DNA from: Chloroflexota bacterium
Lineage (GTDB): Bacteria; Chloroflexota; Dehalococcoidia; Dehalococcoidales; RBG-16-60-22
Assembly: GCA_043818095.1 (NCBI GenBank)
Contig: JBDRGD010000020.1
Coordinates: forward strand, 1 to 35,035
Length of the DNA: 35,035 nucleotides
Reading direction: 5' to 3'
Positions 1-8,994 of the stretch are shown piece by piece. Each line of letters opens with the position of its first letter. Position 1 is the stretch's first letter. Position numbers and translations under genes: made by a program. The notes below the pieces were generated by a model. That model was not told the origin of the DNA. It worked only from the letters and a program-made list of their open reading frames with translations, and ran no database searches.

Positions 1-105
1 CAGCTGCTGGACCATCCCCGCCCGCAGGAGCAGCCGGTGGCTGACGGTATCGGCTTCCGCCGGGACTTCCCGCAGTGTCTTTCCGAACAGTCTCGAGACG
101 CGCAA
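1..105 (-). CDS. proS: proline--tRNA ligase, 5' part (runs off window start)
   Basis: Own translation from TTG at 105: [35 protein letters not shown], the typical bacterial ProRS N-terminus; GAGGAG SD upstream; usual dxr-rseP-ispG-proS neighbourhood. Confidence 0.93.
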   Translation of the reverse strand, partial: MRVSRLFGKTLREVPAEADTVSHRLLLRAGMVQQL

Positions 106-117
106 TTTTTACTCCTC

Positions 118-939
118 TTATCCCAGTTTCGTGGCCAGCCCGTTTACCTCGGCACTTATTCTGTTCAATTCGGCTTCGTGTGCTTCCTTGATTTCTACCA
201 GCTTGTCATACACCGCTTTCAATTTATCGGCGGTACTCTGGCTGGTCGTCCGATTGTGTTCTGCAATAACCTTGTTCACCTCGTCCGCTATCTGGTTTCT
301 GATACCTACTCTTACGTTGTACTCCCGAATCAATTCGTTATGGCTCTTCAATTCCCGGGGGCTATCGAAATACCAGCCCCGGTAGTAGAGGGGGTTCTGA
401 CTCTCCGGGACGACGACGCCGCCGGTAGTCTCCAGCGCCAGGCGCTCCCCGGGGGCGACGTCCGCCAGCACCCAGGCATGATTGCACAGGACGATATCGG
501 ACACCGCCGCATCCACGTCACCCACGGCGATGACGGCGCTGATGCCCTGCGCCTTGAGCATGTTCCATACTTCCGCCGCCATGTCCGAGCAGACAAACAG
601 GTCGTAGGTGCTGTAAACGTGCGTCTCGTGGTACTGCCGGGCGATGTTCGCCGCGGTCTCCGCCGGGGTCTTTCCCGCTAGTTGGTACTGCTTTTCCAGA
701 GCAATCATTTGTGTCTCAAGCTGACTATTCTGTTCCCGCAGTTTCCTAAGCTCCGCCTCCTGCTGTTGTTGTTCAATCATCTGCTGGCTCGTGTCCGCCC
801 GCAGCTCTGCGTTTTGTGACTGCACCTCGGAAATCTGCGCCCGCAGTTCCTCGTACTGTGCCGGAGACACGGCGCAGCCCCCGAGCAGAAAGACAAGAAC
901 AACAGTGAGGGGAATTGCCGATACTTTAAACGACCACAT
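118..939 (-). CDS. lipoprotein with coiled coil and putative transglutaminase/papain-like domain
   Basis: Hydrophobic signal ending in lipobox LLGG-C; Q/E-rich coiled coil; motifs FVCSDMA...NHAWV...LETT resemble a Cys-His-acid triad. Confidence 0.7.
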   Translation of the reverse strand: MWSFKVSAIPLTVVLVFLLGGCAVSPAQYEELRAQISEVQSQNAELRADTSQQMIEQQQQEAELRKLREQNSQLETQMIALEKQYQLAGKTPAETAANIARQYHETHVYSTYDLFVCSDMAAEVWNMLKAQGISAVIAVGDVDAAVSDIVLCNHAWVLADVAPGERLALETTGGVVVPESQNPLYYRGWYFDSPRELKSHNELIREYNVRVGIRNQIADEVNKVIAEHNRTTSQSTADKLKAVYDKLVEIKEAHEAELNRISAEVNGLATKLG

Positions 940-947
940 TTGCTAAC

Positions 948-976
948 ATCATAATACGCCCTCCGGAGACCGTCAA
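948..976 (-). promoter_or_regulatory. sigma70-type promoter for the lipoprotein gene (possibly also proS)
   Basis: TTGACG-17 nt-TATGAT, 8 nt before the ATG at 939. Confidence 0.65.
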
Positions 977-991
977 CTCCGGGACGCGGCG

Positions 992-2164
992 CTACTTCCT
1001 CGCGACCAGGAAACAGAACCCCAGCGCCGCCGCCAGCGCCAGCGGCAGGAGCGTCAAGCCGATATCTATCCCCACCAGGGCGCCTACCCCGCCGACAACC
1101 GGGGCACCCACCGCTACCCCCGCCGTCAGCAGCGCGTGAAAGATGCCGTTAGCCGTGCCCCTTTCCGCGGGCAGGGTCCCGTCCGCAATCAGCGCCGAGA
1201 CCGAAGGGAACAGCAGCCCGAAAGCCGCCCCGTACAGCGCCATCGTCAGGGCAATCATCACGAAGGTAGTCACCATGGGCAGGACCACCAGGGACACCGT
1301 CCCCAGGGCTAACCCGGCATAAATCATCTTCAGCCTGCCCACGCGGTCCGAGAGCATGCCGCTGGGAAACTGCAAAGCGATGAAGGTGACGGTAAAAGCC
1401 GCCAGCACAATGCCCACGTGGAAAGCTTCCATCCCGAGGCTTTTCACCCATAGCGGCAGCAGGGTGATGACGCCGCCGAAGGCAAAATACTGGGCGAAAA
1501 TGGCGGTAAAAGATACCAGCAGCACGCCCCGGCTCAGCAGGCTCTTTACCTTGCCGTATTCCTCCCGGAATGAGCCCCTCGCCGCCGCGTCATGGTGCCG
1601 GGGCGCCCGGGGCAGGGAAAGGGCGATAAGCACCCCCCCTGCCGCCATCGCCGCGCCGAAAAAGAAAAGAAAGGGATATCCCAGCCGCGAGACAATCACG
1701 CCGCTCAGTCCGAAGCCGACGAGGTTCGCCATCGCCAGGGACATCCCGTAGAAAGCCATCGTCCTGCCCCGCTGCGTTCCGCCCGCTTTCTCCGCGAAGG
1801 CGGACATGATGGCCGGGCTTTTCAGTCCCCCGCTGAAGCCGTGTACCAGCCGGACCAGCGCCAGGTGCACGGGAAGCCTGACATGAGCGTAGCTGAACAT
1901 GCTGAGCGTGCCCCCCACCAACCCTGCCACCAGCGGCAGCCTGTAGCCCAGCCGGTCGATAAGGCGGCCGGAGAAGATATTGGCGGGGGTGTTCGTCAGG
2001 GAGTAGAGCCCGATAATCAGGCCGATGGCGCCGAGGCCTACCCCCAACGTGGCGGCATAGAGCGCCATCACGGGAAGGACCAGGTTTGTATCCAGAAAGC
2101 TGAGGAAGTTAAGGGCGGAAATGGTCAGCAGCCGGGGCTGCCGGGGGGCGGAATCCTGCTCCAT
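992..2164 (-). CDS. MFS transporter (DHA1-like)
   Basis: ~12 hydrophobic segments; motif A copies GRLIDRLGYR and GMLSDRVGRL. Confidence 0.9.
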   Translation of the reverse strand: MEQDSAPRQPRLLTISALNFLSFLDTNLVLPVMALYAATLGVGLGAIGLIIGLYSLTNTPANIFSGRLIDRLGYRLPLVAGLVGGTLSMFSYAHVRLPVHLALVRLVHGFSGGLKSPAIMSAFAEKAGGTQRGRTMAFYGMSLAMANLVGFGLSGVIVSRLGYPFLFFFGAAMAAGGVLIALSLPRAPRHHDAAARGSFREEYGKVKSLLSRGVLLVSFTAIFAQYFAFGGVITLLPLWVKSLGMEAFHVGIVLAAFTVTFIALQFPSGMLSDRVGRLKMIYAGLALGTVSLVVLPMVTTFVMIALTMALYGAAFGLLFPSVSALIADGTLPAERGTANGIFHALLTAGVAVGAPVVGGVGALVGIDIGLTLLPLALAAALGFCFLVARK

Positions 2165-2219
2165 AGAAGAATCATATCATATCCGGGAGTTTTGGAGTAG
2201 CGGGCAGGCAGCGGCTAAT

Positions 2220-3266
2220 TTAAAGCCCCTCCACCTCCCGCATCAGCGCGGAAAGGAAGTCCTTCTCCGCCACCACCGCCACCTTTTTCCCCTTCTTAAA
2301 GATAACGCCTTTCCCCTTGCCGCAGGCGATGCCCACGTCGGCGTCCATCGCTTCTCCGGGGCCGTTGACCACGCAGCCCATCACCGCCACCTTCACCGGC
2401 TTGGCTATTTTCCGCAGCTCGTCCTCCACCGCCGCCGCCAGCCCGAGGATGTCCGCCTCGGTACGCCCGCAGGTTGGGCAGCTTACCAGCACGGGACCAC
2501 GCGCGCGCAGGTCCAGGCTTTTCAAGATTTCATAGCCGGCGGCCACCTCTTCCGCGGGGGGCGCCGTCAGGGAAACGCGGATGGTATCGCCGATGCCCAG
2601 ATAAAGCAGCGTCCCGATGCCCACCGCGCTGCGGATAACGCCCTGCCGGGGCGTACCCGCCTCCGTGATGCCGACGTGCAGCGGATAAGGCATTTTATCG
2701 GCAATCATGCGGTAGGCGGCAATCGTCGTCGGCACGTCGAAAGCCTTCAGGGAGACCTTTATCAAATCGTAGTCCAGGCTCTCCAGCAGCCGTATCTGCG
2801 CCAGCGCCGCGGCGACCATCCGCCCGGCGACGCTTAAATTGGGGTCGGCGTTTTTCGGGAGGCTGCCCGCGTTCAACCCGATGCGTATCGGCACTTCCCG
2901 CTCCTTCGCCGCCAGGACCACCGCTTTCACTTTCTCCGGCTCCCCGATGTTCCCCGGGTTCAGGCGCAAGCCGTCCGCGCCCGCTGCCAGCGCCATCAGC
3001 GCCAGGCGGTAGTCAAAGTGGATATCCGCCACCAGGGGCAGGTTGATGCCCCTCTTTATCTCCGCCAGCGCCCGCGCCGCCTCCGCGTCCGGCACCGCCA
3101 CCCGCACCAGCTCGCAGCCGCATTCCGCCAGCTCCCGGATTTGCCGGACAGTGGCCCGGACGTCACGGGTGTCCGTCTTCGTCATCGACTGCACAACGAT
3201 AGGCGCACCGCCGCCGATGGTCACGCCGCCGATGCGCACGGCTTTAGAGGGACGGCGCGGCATCAT
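2220..3266 (-). CDS. ispG: (E)-4-hydroxy-3-methylbut-2-enyl-diphosphate synthase
   Basis: VQSMT, LVADIHF, RLNPGNI, SCPTCGR, MGCVVNGPGE motifs; start moved to ATG 3266, which overlaps the rseP stop (ATGA). Confidence 0.97.
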   Translation of the reverse strand: MMPRRPSKAVRIGGVTIGGGAPIVVQSMTKTDTRDVRATVRQIRELAECGCELVRVAVPDAEAARALAEIKRGINLPLVADIHFDYRLALMALAAGADGLRLNPGNIGEPEKVKAVVLAAKEREVPIRIGLNAGSLPKNADPNLSVAGRMVAAALAQIRLLESLDYDLIKVSLKAFDVPTTIAAYRMIADKMPYPLHVGITEAGTPRQGVIRSAVGIGTLLYLGIGDTIRVSLTAPPAEEVAAGYEILKSLDLRARGPVLVSCPTCGRTEADILGLAAAVEDELRKIAKPVKVAVMGCVVNGPGEAMDADVGIACGKGKGVIFKKGKKVAVVAEKDFLSALMREVEGL

Positions 3267-4321
3267 GGAATCAGGCTCTCCCCGGCCATAATGCGCGCGA
3301 TGTCCTGATAGGTAAACAGGAGCATCGCGGTCAGCAGCAGGAAAAAGCCGATGGTATGAATCATGCCTTCGACCCTCGGGGATACCCGCTTGCCGCGCCG
3401 CAGCCACTCCAGCACCACGAAGGCAATCCGCCCGCCGTCCAGCGCGGGCAACGGGAAGAAATTGATGATGGCGAGGTTGATGCTGAAAAAGGCGGCGAAC
3501 TCCAGCAGGGGCCCGATGCCGGCCCGGGCGACCTCCCCCGTCAGCTGGGCCACCCCCACCGGCCCGGCGATAACGAGCGGCGCGGCACCGATAATCATAC
3601 TGATAATCACGTTCTTAAAGAGCACAAAGGTCTCCAGGCACTCCCCTACCCCCATCGGGATGGCCCGCCAGAAGGGGAAGGATTCCCGCACCAGAGCGGG
3701 GTTCTCCAGTCCCACCATAATCCCGGTCGCGCCCTGGTTTGTCGGAGTCCGCCAGCGGGGAACGACGCTGACCGTCGTCACGGCACCATTGTCTTTTTGT
3801 AATATTATGTCAATCTTCTGTCCCAGTTTAAGCTGGATGGCGCGCTGCAAATCGGAGATATTACGCACCGTCCGGCCGTCGATGCTGATAATGCGTTCCC
3901 CGGCAACGATGCCCGCCTGCCCTGCCGGGGACTGGGGTGCCACGTCCTGGACGACCACATCTCCGGAGACGACGTTATGCGGTACCAGGAAAGCGATGCT
4001 GAAAAGCAGGATAGGCAGCAGCGCGTTCATAATGACCCCCGCCGACAGCACGGTGATGCGCACTCCCGCCGGCTTGCTCGCCAGGCTGCCGGATACGCTG
4101 GGGTCTTCCTCCCCCGCCAGCTTAACGAAGCCGCCGAAGGGGACGGCGTTCAGCGAGTAGATAGTCCCGCCTCTTTTAATGCCCCAGAGCCGCGGCGGGA
4201 AACCGAGCCCGAACTCCTCCACCTTCACATGGAAAAGCCGCGCGGTCAGGAAATGCCCGAGCTCATGCACCAGCACGAGGATGAACAGCACCGCTAAAAA
4301 TGAGACAATCGTAAGCCACAT
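3263..4321 (-). CDS. rseP: RIP metalloprotease RseP (M50, PDZ)
   Basis: HELGH, GGFVKL, PDZ segment (SPAGQAGI), NFFPLPALDGG. Confidence 0.95.
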   Translation of the reverse strand: MWLTIVSFLAVLFILVLVHELGHFLTARLFHVKVEEFGLGFPPRLWGIKRGGTIYSLNAVPFGGFVKLAGEEDPSVSGSLASKPAGVRITVLSAGVIMNALLPILLFSIAFLVPHNVVSGDVVVQDVAPQSPAGQAGIVAGERIISIDGRTVRNISDLQRAIQLKLGQKIDIILQKDNGAVTTVSVVPRWRTPTNQGATGIMVGLENPALVRESFPFWRAIPMGVGECLETFVLFKNVIISMIIGAAPLVIAGPVGVAQLTGEVARAGIGPLLEFAAFFSINLAIINFFPLPALDGGRIAFVVLEWLRRGKRVSPRVEGMIHTIGFFLLLTAMLLFTYQDIARIMAGESLIP

Positions 4322-5461
4322 CTAAATTTCCTTCTCTCCTGCCAAACCCAGGGCTTTCTCCCGCGCCCAGGCGTCTGCTTCCAGAATTTGCTCCAGGGCG
4401 GGCTGCGCGATTACCTGGTGCGCCTCAATCACCGCGGCCACCAGCCGGGCAATGTCCGTGAAGCCGATGCGCCCCTTCAGGAAAAGCGCCACCGCCACCT
4501 CGTCCGCGGCACAGAGCACCGCGGGGCAGGTGCCCCCCTTTTCCCCCGCCGCCATCGCCAGCGGCAGGCACGGGAACCGCTCCCTGTCCGGTTCCGCGAA
4601 GTCCAGGGAATCGATTTTTCCCCAGTCCAGCCGGGGTATCGCGGCGTTCTCCAGTCGGTCCGGATAGGTGAGCGCGTGCTGGATGGGCAGCCTCATGTCC
4701 GGACAGCTCAACTGCGCCTTCACGGCACCGTCCGCGAACTCAACCATGGAATGGACGATGCTCTGCGGGTGCACCAGCACCCGGATGCGGTCGTAAGACA
4801 CGCCAAAGAGCCAGTGCGCCTCGATGGTCTCCAGGCCCTTGTTCATCAGCGTCGCCGAATCGATGGTTACCTTTTTCCCCATGCTCCAGGAAGGGTGCCG
4901 CAGCGCCTGCTCCGGCGTTACCCCCGCCAGCTCCTCCGCGGTGGCGTCCCGGAAAGGCCCCCCGGAGGCGGTCAGGACCAGCTGCGCCAGCGGGCTGCGC
5001 TCTCCCCGGAGGCACTGCCAGATAGCGCTGTGCTCGCTGTCCACCGGCAGGATGCGGGCGCCGCTCCGGGTTACCTCACCGGTAATAATCTCCCCGGCCA
5101 TGACCAGCGACTCCTTGTTCGCCAGCGCAATCTGCTTCCCCGCCCGCGCCGCCGCTAGCACCGGGCGCAGGCCGGCACTCCCCGCGGTGGCGACCACCAC
5201 GCAGTCCACCCCGGGGTGGGCGGCAATCTCCTCCAGTGACAGATTGCGGGCGTTGACTCCGGGCAGGCTCTGCCCGTCGGCACAGCCATAAAACTCCGGG
5301 GCGAATTCGCTTATCTGCCGGGACAGCAGTTCCCGGTTGCTTCCGGCGGCCAGCGCCACGACCCGGAAACGTCCCGGCAGCGCGCGTACCACTTCCAGCG
5401 TCTGCCGCCCGATAGACCCGGTGGCCCCGAGGACGGCGATGTTTTTCACCCGGATAACCAC
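4322..5461 (-). CDS. dxr: 1-deoxy-D-xylulose-5-phosphate reductoisomerase
   Basis: LGATGSIG, LANKES, PVDSEHSA, TASGGPF, KVTIDSATLMNKGLE; start uncertain (GTG 5461, 6 nt after TATAAT, or GTG 5449). Confidence 0.96.
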   Translation of the reverse strand: MVIRVKNIAVLGATGSIGRQTLEVVRALPGRFRVVALAAGSNRELLSRQISEFAPEFYGCADGQSLPGVNARNLSLEEIAAHPGVDCVVVATAGSAGLRPVLAAARAGKQIALANKESLVMAGEIITGEVTRSGARILPVDSEHSAIWQCLRGERSPLAQLVLTASGGPFRDATAEELAGVTPEQALRHPSWSMGKKVTIDSATLMNKGLETIEAHWLFGVSYDRIRVLVHPQSIVHSMVEFADGAVKAQLSCPDMRLPIQHALTYPDRLENAAIPRLDWGKIDSLDFAEPDRERFPCLPLAMAAGEKGGTCPAVLCAADEVAVALFLKGRIGFTDIARLVAAVIEAHQVIAQPALEQILEADAWAREKALGLAGEKEI

Positions 5462-5670
5462 GCTTTCATTATAGAACAATGATGAGAGGACTTAAACCGG
5501 GAAGCAAAGAACCTACCTCATTCCCTGTGTCCCATCTCCTGCAAAGAAGAAGACGAATATTATCGTTTAAGAGGGGCGAAGCCCTTTCCGGTAACCTTTC
5601 GCGTAAGCCGAGGTCACCGGCGGGTGAAACACCCTGCAAACGAAGTAATAAAAACCCTGCCCGGGATAGT

Positions 5671-5699
5671 TTGACACATTCAGAGGATGGTGTTAAAAT
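5671..5699 (+). promoter_or_regulatory. strong sigma70-type promoter upstream of the hydrogenase-metVF operon
   Basis: TTGACA(5671-5676)-17 nt-TAAAAT(5694-5699) with extended -10 TG. Confidence 0.8.
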
Positions 5700-5802
5700 G
5701 CTGGTGGCAATCCGAAAATACCTCAGCAAGGCAAGCCTGAGAATCCAAAACGCCGGGTGGCCGAGACTACCGATAACGATGCAGATTAAACGTGCGCGCG
5801 AC

Positions 5803-5831
5803 GCCAGGACTAACCCTCCTGGCTATTTTTT
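5803..5831 (+). terminator. intrinsic terminator-like hairpin inside the operon leader
   Basis: GCCAGGA-7 nt loop-TCCTGGC followed by TATTTTTT. Confidence 0.6.
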
Positions 5832-6024
5832 AACTGGTTACACCTGCCAATCGTCACCCGATTCCCCGATTCACGAGTAAAAGCGGACCAAAAAGTGATA
5901 ACCGGTGAGCAGCATTAAAAGCAGCGATTCGGTCAAGATTCCCCGGGCTGCTCTTTTCTCCCTGCCGATTCTCCCTTCTCCTGCGGGTAGAAGCTGCGCG
6001 CGGTACTAATCTAAGGAGGTGTCT

Positions 6025-6909
6025 ATGGGAAACGCCAAGACCGCGGAGGTCCCCGTAATCTGGGTGCAGTGTGCCAGTTGCACCGGATGCTCCGTCTCCG
6101 TCCTCAACTCGGTGAGCCCCACCATCAAGAATGTCCTCGTGGACGAGGTCATCCCCGGAAAGCACGTCAATCTCCGCTTTCAGGCGACCGTCATGGCCGG
6201 TTCGGGGGACATGGTTATCAAAGCCATGGAGGACACCCAGAAAGAGGTAAAAGGCGGCTACGTCCTCGTGGTCGAGGGTGCTCTCCCCACCGCCGGCAAC
6301 CCCGCCGATTACGGCTCCATCGGGGAGCACGACGGCAAGCCGGTCTCCATGGCGGACCGCGTGGCGAGCCTCGGTAAAGACGCCCTCGCCGTGATTGCCC
6401 TGGGTACCTGCGCCGCTTTCGGCGGCATCGCCGCGGGCAAACCCAATCCCTCCGGGTCCATCGGCGTCCAGGAGCTCTTCCGGCGCCGGAAAATCGCCAC
6501 GCCGCTGGTCAATATCCCCGGCTGCGCCCCCCACCCCGACTGGTTTGTCGGCACCGTCGCCCGTATCCTGCTCCTCGGCCTGCCCGGCGCGGATGAGGTC
6601 GATGATTACGGACGCCCGAAGGCTTTCTACGGGCAGCTGATTCATGAGAACTGCCCCCGCCGCGCTTACTTCGAGGAAGGGAAATTCGCCCGCAAGTTCG
6701 GCGACCCCGGCTGCCTTAACGAGCTCGGCTGCAAGGGCCCGGTAACCTACGCGGACTGCCCCACGAGGCTCTGGAACCACGGCGTCAACTGGTGCATCGG
6801 CAGCGGTTCCCCCTGCATCGGCTGCACGGAACCCGGTTTCCCGGACGCCCTGGCACCATTCTACGTGAAACTGACCGAAGAGGCGACGCCGAATATCGGC
6901 GCCGTCTAG
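6025..6909 (+). CDS. [NiFe]-hydrogenase small subunit, group 1a-like, no Tat signal and no membrane anchor
   Basis: CTGCS, GTCAAFGG, PGCAPHP, HENC, CLNELGCKGP, WCIGSGSPCIGC (Cys in WC implies medial [4Fe-4S]); SD AAGGAGG before ATG 6025. Confidence 0.95.
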   Translation: MGNAKTAEVPVIWVQCASCTGCSVSVLNSVSPTIKNVLVDEVIPGKHVNLRFQATVMAGSGDMVIKAMEDTQKEVKGGYVLVVEGALPTAGNPADYGSIGEHDGKPVSMADRVASLGKDALAVIALGTCAAFGGIAAGKPNPSGSIGVQELFRRRKIATPLVNIPGCAPHPDWFVGTVARILLLGLPGADEVDDYGRPKAFYGQLIHENCPRRAYFEEGKFARKFGDPGCLNELGCKGPVTYADCPTRLWNHGVNWCIGSGSPCIGCTEPGFPDALAPFYVKLTEEATPNIGAV

Positions 6910-6925
6910 AGAGGAGGATGTACGA

Positions 6926-8485
6926 TTGGGCAAGATAGTCATTGATCCGATTACCCGCATAGAAGGCCACCTCAAGATTGAAGCGGTCACCGAGAACGGC
7001 GTCATCAAGGAGGCGCGCAGCTCGGGAACGCTTTTCCGCGGCATTGAGATTATCCTCCGGGGGAGAGACCCCCGTGACGCCCAGCGCTACGTCCAGCGCA
7101 TCTGCGGTGTCTGCCCCACCAGCCACTCCACCGCCGCTACCCTGAACCTGGACAGCGCCTTCGGTATCTCCGATAAGATACCGGACAACGGCCGGCTGCT
7201 GCGCAACCTCATCCTGGGGGCGGCGCACATCGCCGACCATATCCTGCACTTCTACCACCTGGCGGCGCTCGATTACGTGGATGTCGCCAGGGTGGCGAAA
7301 TACGAGGGCAACGACCCCGAACTCAACTCCGTCAAGAGGTTCATCGAGCGCGGGGCGCTGGGGCCCTTCGTCCCCCGCTACGAGGGCGATTACCGCCTGC
7401 CCGATGACGTCAATAACCAGGCCGCCGCCCACTACCTGAAAGCCCTGGAGATGCGGCGCAAAGCCCAGGAGATGGTCTCCATCTTCGGCGGCAAGATGCC
7501 CCACAACTGCGCCATCATGCCCGGCGGGGTCACCGAGGTCCCCACCGTGGACAAGATAGCATCATTCCTCTGGAGGCTCAACGAGCTCCGAGACTTCATC
7601 GATACCGTTTACGTGCCGGATGTCCTCGCCGTCGCCGGGGTCTATAGCGATTACTTTGAAATCGGCAAGGGCTGCGGCAACCTCCTCTCCTACGGCAGCT
7701 TTGAACTGGAGACCGCCAACCCGGACTACACCACCCGCAACCGCCTCTTCAAGCAGGGCACCATCTCCGCCGACCTGAAGCCGGGCAAGCTGGACACGAA
7801 CAGGATTGCGGAAGAAGTGAAACACTCCTGGTATGCTGACGCCACCGCGGGACGGCACCCCTCGCAGGGAGCCACCGAACCCCAGCCGGGGAAGAAAGAC
7901 GCCTACTCCTGGGTAAAGTCACCGCGCTATGACGGCAAGGCGTACGAGGTAGGCCCCCTGGCGAGAATGGTGGTCACCTACGCCAGCGGCGACACTAAAG
8001 TGAAAGCGATGGTAGACTCCGTGCTCGCCCACTTCAAGGCTTCCCCCGCCGCCCTCTTCTCCGTGCTGGGACGCCACGCGGCGCGGGCGCTCTACTGCAA
8101 GCTGGTGGCGGACACCATGCCGGAATGGCTGCTCCAGGTAAAGCCCGGCGCACCGGTTTACATCGATTACGAGATTCCGGAAGAAGCCACGGGCATGGGG
8201 CTCGTGGACGGCGCCCGGGGCGCCCTGGGGCACTGGATTGAAATCAAGGACCACAAGATTGCCAACTACCAGTGCGTCGTCCCCAGCACGTGGAACCTCT
8301 GCCCCCGGGACGACAAGGGACAGCCCGGACCGGTGGAACAGGCCCTCGAGGGCACGAAAATCAGGGACGAGAGCAACCCCTATGAAATCGTCCGCATCGT
8401 CCGCTCTTTCGACCCCTGCCTGGCCTGCGCCATCCACCTGGTCACCCCGAAGGGCAGAGACTTAGGGAGATTTCAGGTCTGCTAA
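6926..8485 (+). CDS. [NiFe]-hydrogenase large subunit, group 1a-like
   Basis: IDPITRIEGH, L1 RICGVCPTSH, L2 SFDPCLACAIH with Cys (TGC, not Sec) plus 15-aa cleavable tail; GAGGAGG SD and TTG start. Confidence 0.96.
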   Translation: MGKIVIDPITRIEGHLKIEAVTENGVIKEARSSGTLFRGIEIILRGRDPRDAQRYVQRICGVCPTSHSTAATLNLDSAFGISDKIPDNGRLLRNLILGAAHIADHILHFYHLAALDYVDVARVAKYEGNDPELNSVKRFIERGALGPFVPRYEGDYRLPDDVNNQAAAHYLKALEMRRKAQEMVSIFGGKMPHNCAIMPGGVTEVPTVDKIASFLWRLNELRDFIDTVYVPDVLAVAGVYSDYFEIGKGCGNLLSYGSFELETANPDYTTRNRLFKQGTISADLKPGKLDTNRIAEEVKHSWYADATAGRHPSQGATEPQPGKKDAYSWVKSPRYDGKAYEVGPLARMVVTYASGDTKVKAMVDSVLAHFKASPAALFSVLGRHAARALYCKLVADTMPEWLLQVKPGAPVYIDYEIPEEATGMGLVDGARGALGHWIEIKDHKIANYQCVVPSTWNLCPRDDKGQPGPVEQALEGTKIRDESNPYEIVRIVRSFDPCLACAIHLVTPKGRDLGRFQVC

Positions 8486-8487
8486 CC

Positions 8488-8994
8488 GTGGAGGAAATGC
8501 TGACGGCAAACAAGTTGCGCAAGGTCGTCGTTCTGGGCGTGGGTAACCTGCTGCTCCAGGACGAGGGCGTCGGGGTGCACGTCATCCAGGCGCTGGAAGG
8601 AACAACGCCCCCGGAGGCGACCTCCCTGGAGATTATCGACGGGGGGACGCTGCCGGACATGGTCCCCCTGGCAGGCGTGGACAAACTCATCGTCGTGGAC
8701 GCCGTGAAAGGCGGCGGGAAACCGGGGAGCGTTTACCGCTTCCACCCCGAGGACATCAGCCTGGAGCGCGGCACCGCCACCTCCCTCCACCAGCTCAACC
8801 TCCTGGAAAACCTGGGCATCATGGAACATCTCGGGCAGAAGCCCGCGGAAGTGGTCATAATCGGCGTCGAGCCGGAAGAGATAACCTGGGGCCTGGAGCT
8901 TTCCCCGCGACTTCAGCAATGCCTCCCCCGGATTGTTGAAGTCGTCAACGGAGAGATTCGCTCTCTGCCCCGAGAAAGGAGTGAAAAGAGATGA
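8488..8994 (+). CDS. hydrogenase maturation endopeptidase (HyaD/HybD family)
   Basis: LGVGNLLLQDEGVGV, IDGGT, IVVDA, SLHQL motifs. Confidence 0.93.
   Translation: MEEMLTANKLRKVVVLGVGNLLLQDEGVGVHVIQALEGTTPPEATSLEIIDGGTLPDMVPLAGVDKLIVVDAVKGGGKPGSVYRFHPEDISLERGTATSLHQLNLLENLGIMEHLGQKPAEVVIIGVEPEEITWGLELSPRLQQCLPRIVEVVNGEIRSLPRERSEKR

Noticed and set aside
5705-5775. c-di-GMP-I, SAM-I, THF or ZTP riboswitch call
   Set aside because: Only fragmentary resemblance (e.g. GTGGCCGAGACTACCGA); core consensus such as GACGCAAA is missing. Kept only as an unassigned candidate leader.
5845-5856. TGCC-AATC-GTCA as another copy of the cheR operator in the hydrogenase leader
   Set aside because: Short imperfect match expected by chance.
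5479-5880. 133-aa ORF in the dxr-hydrogenase intergenic region
   Set aside because: No SD or motif; it spans promoters, hairpins and a terminator, so the region is better read as regulatory.
8410-8440. Possible selenocysteine ([NiFeSe]) hydrogenase
   Set aside because: L2 motif is DPCLAC with TGC codons and there is no in-frame TGA.
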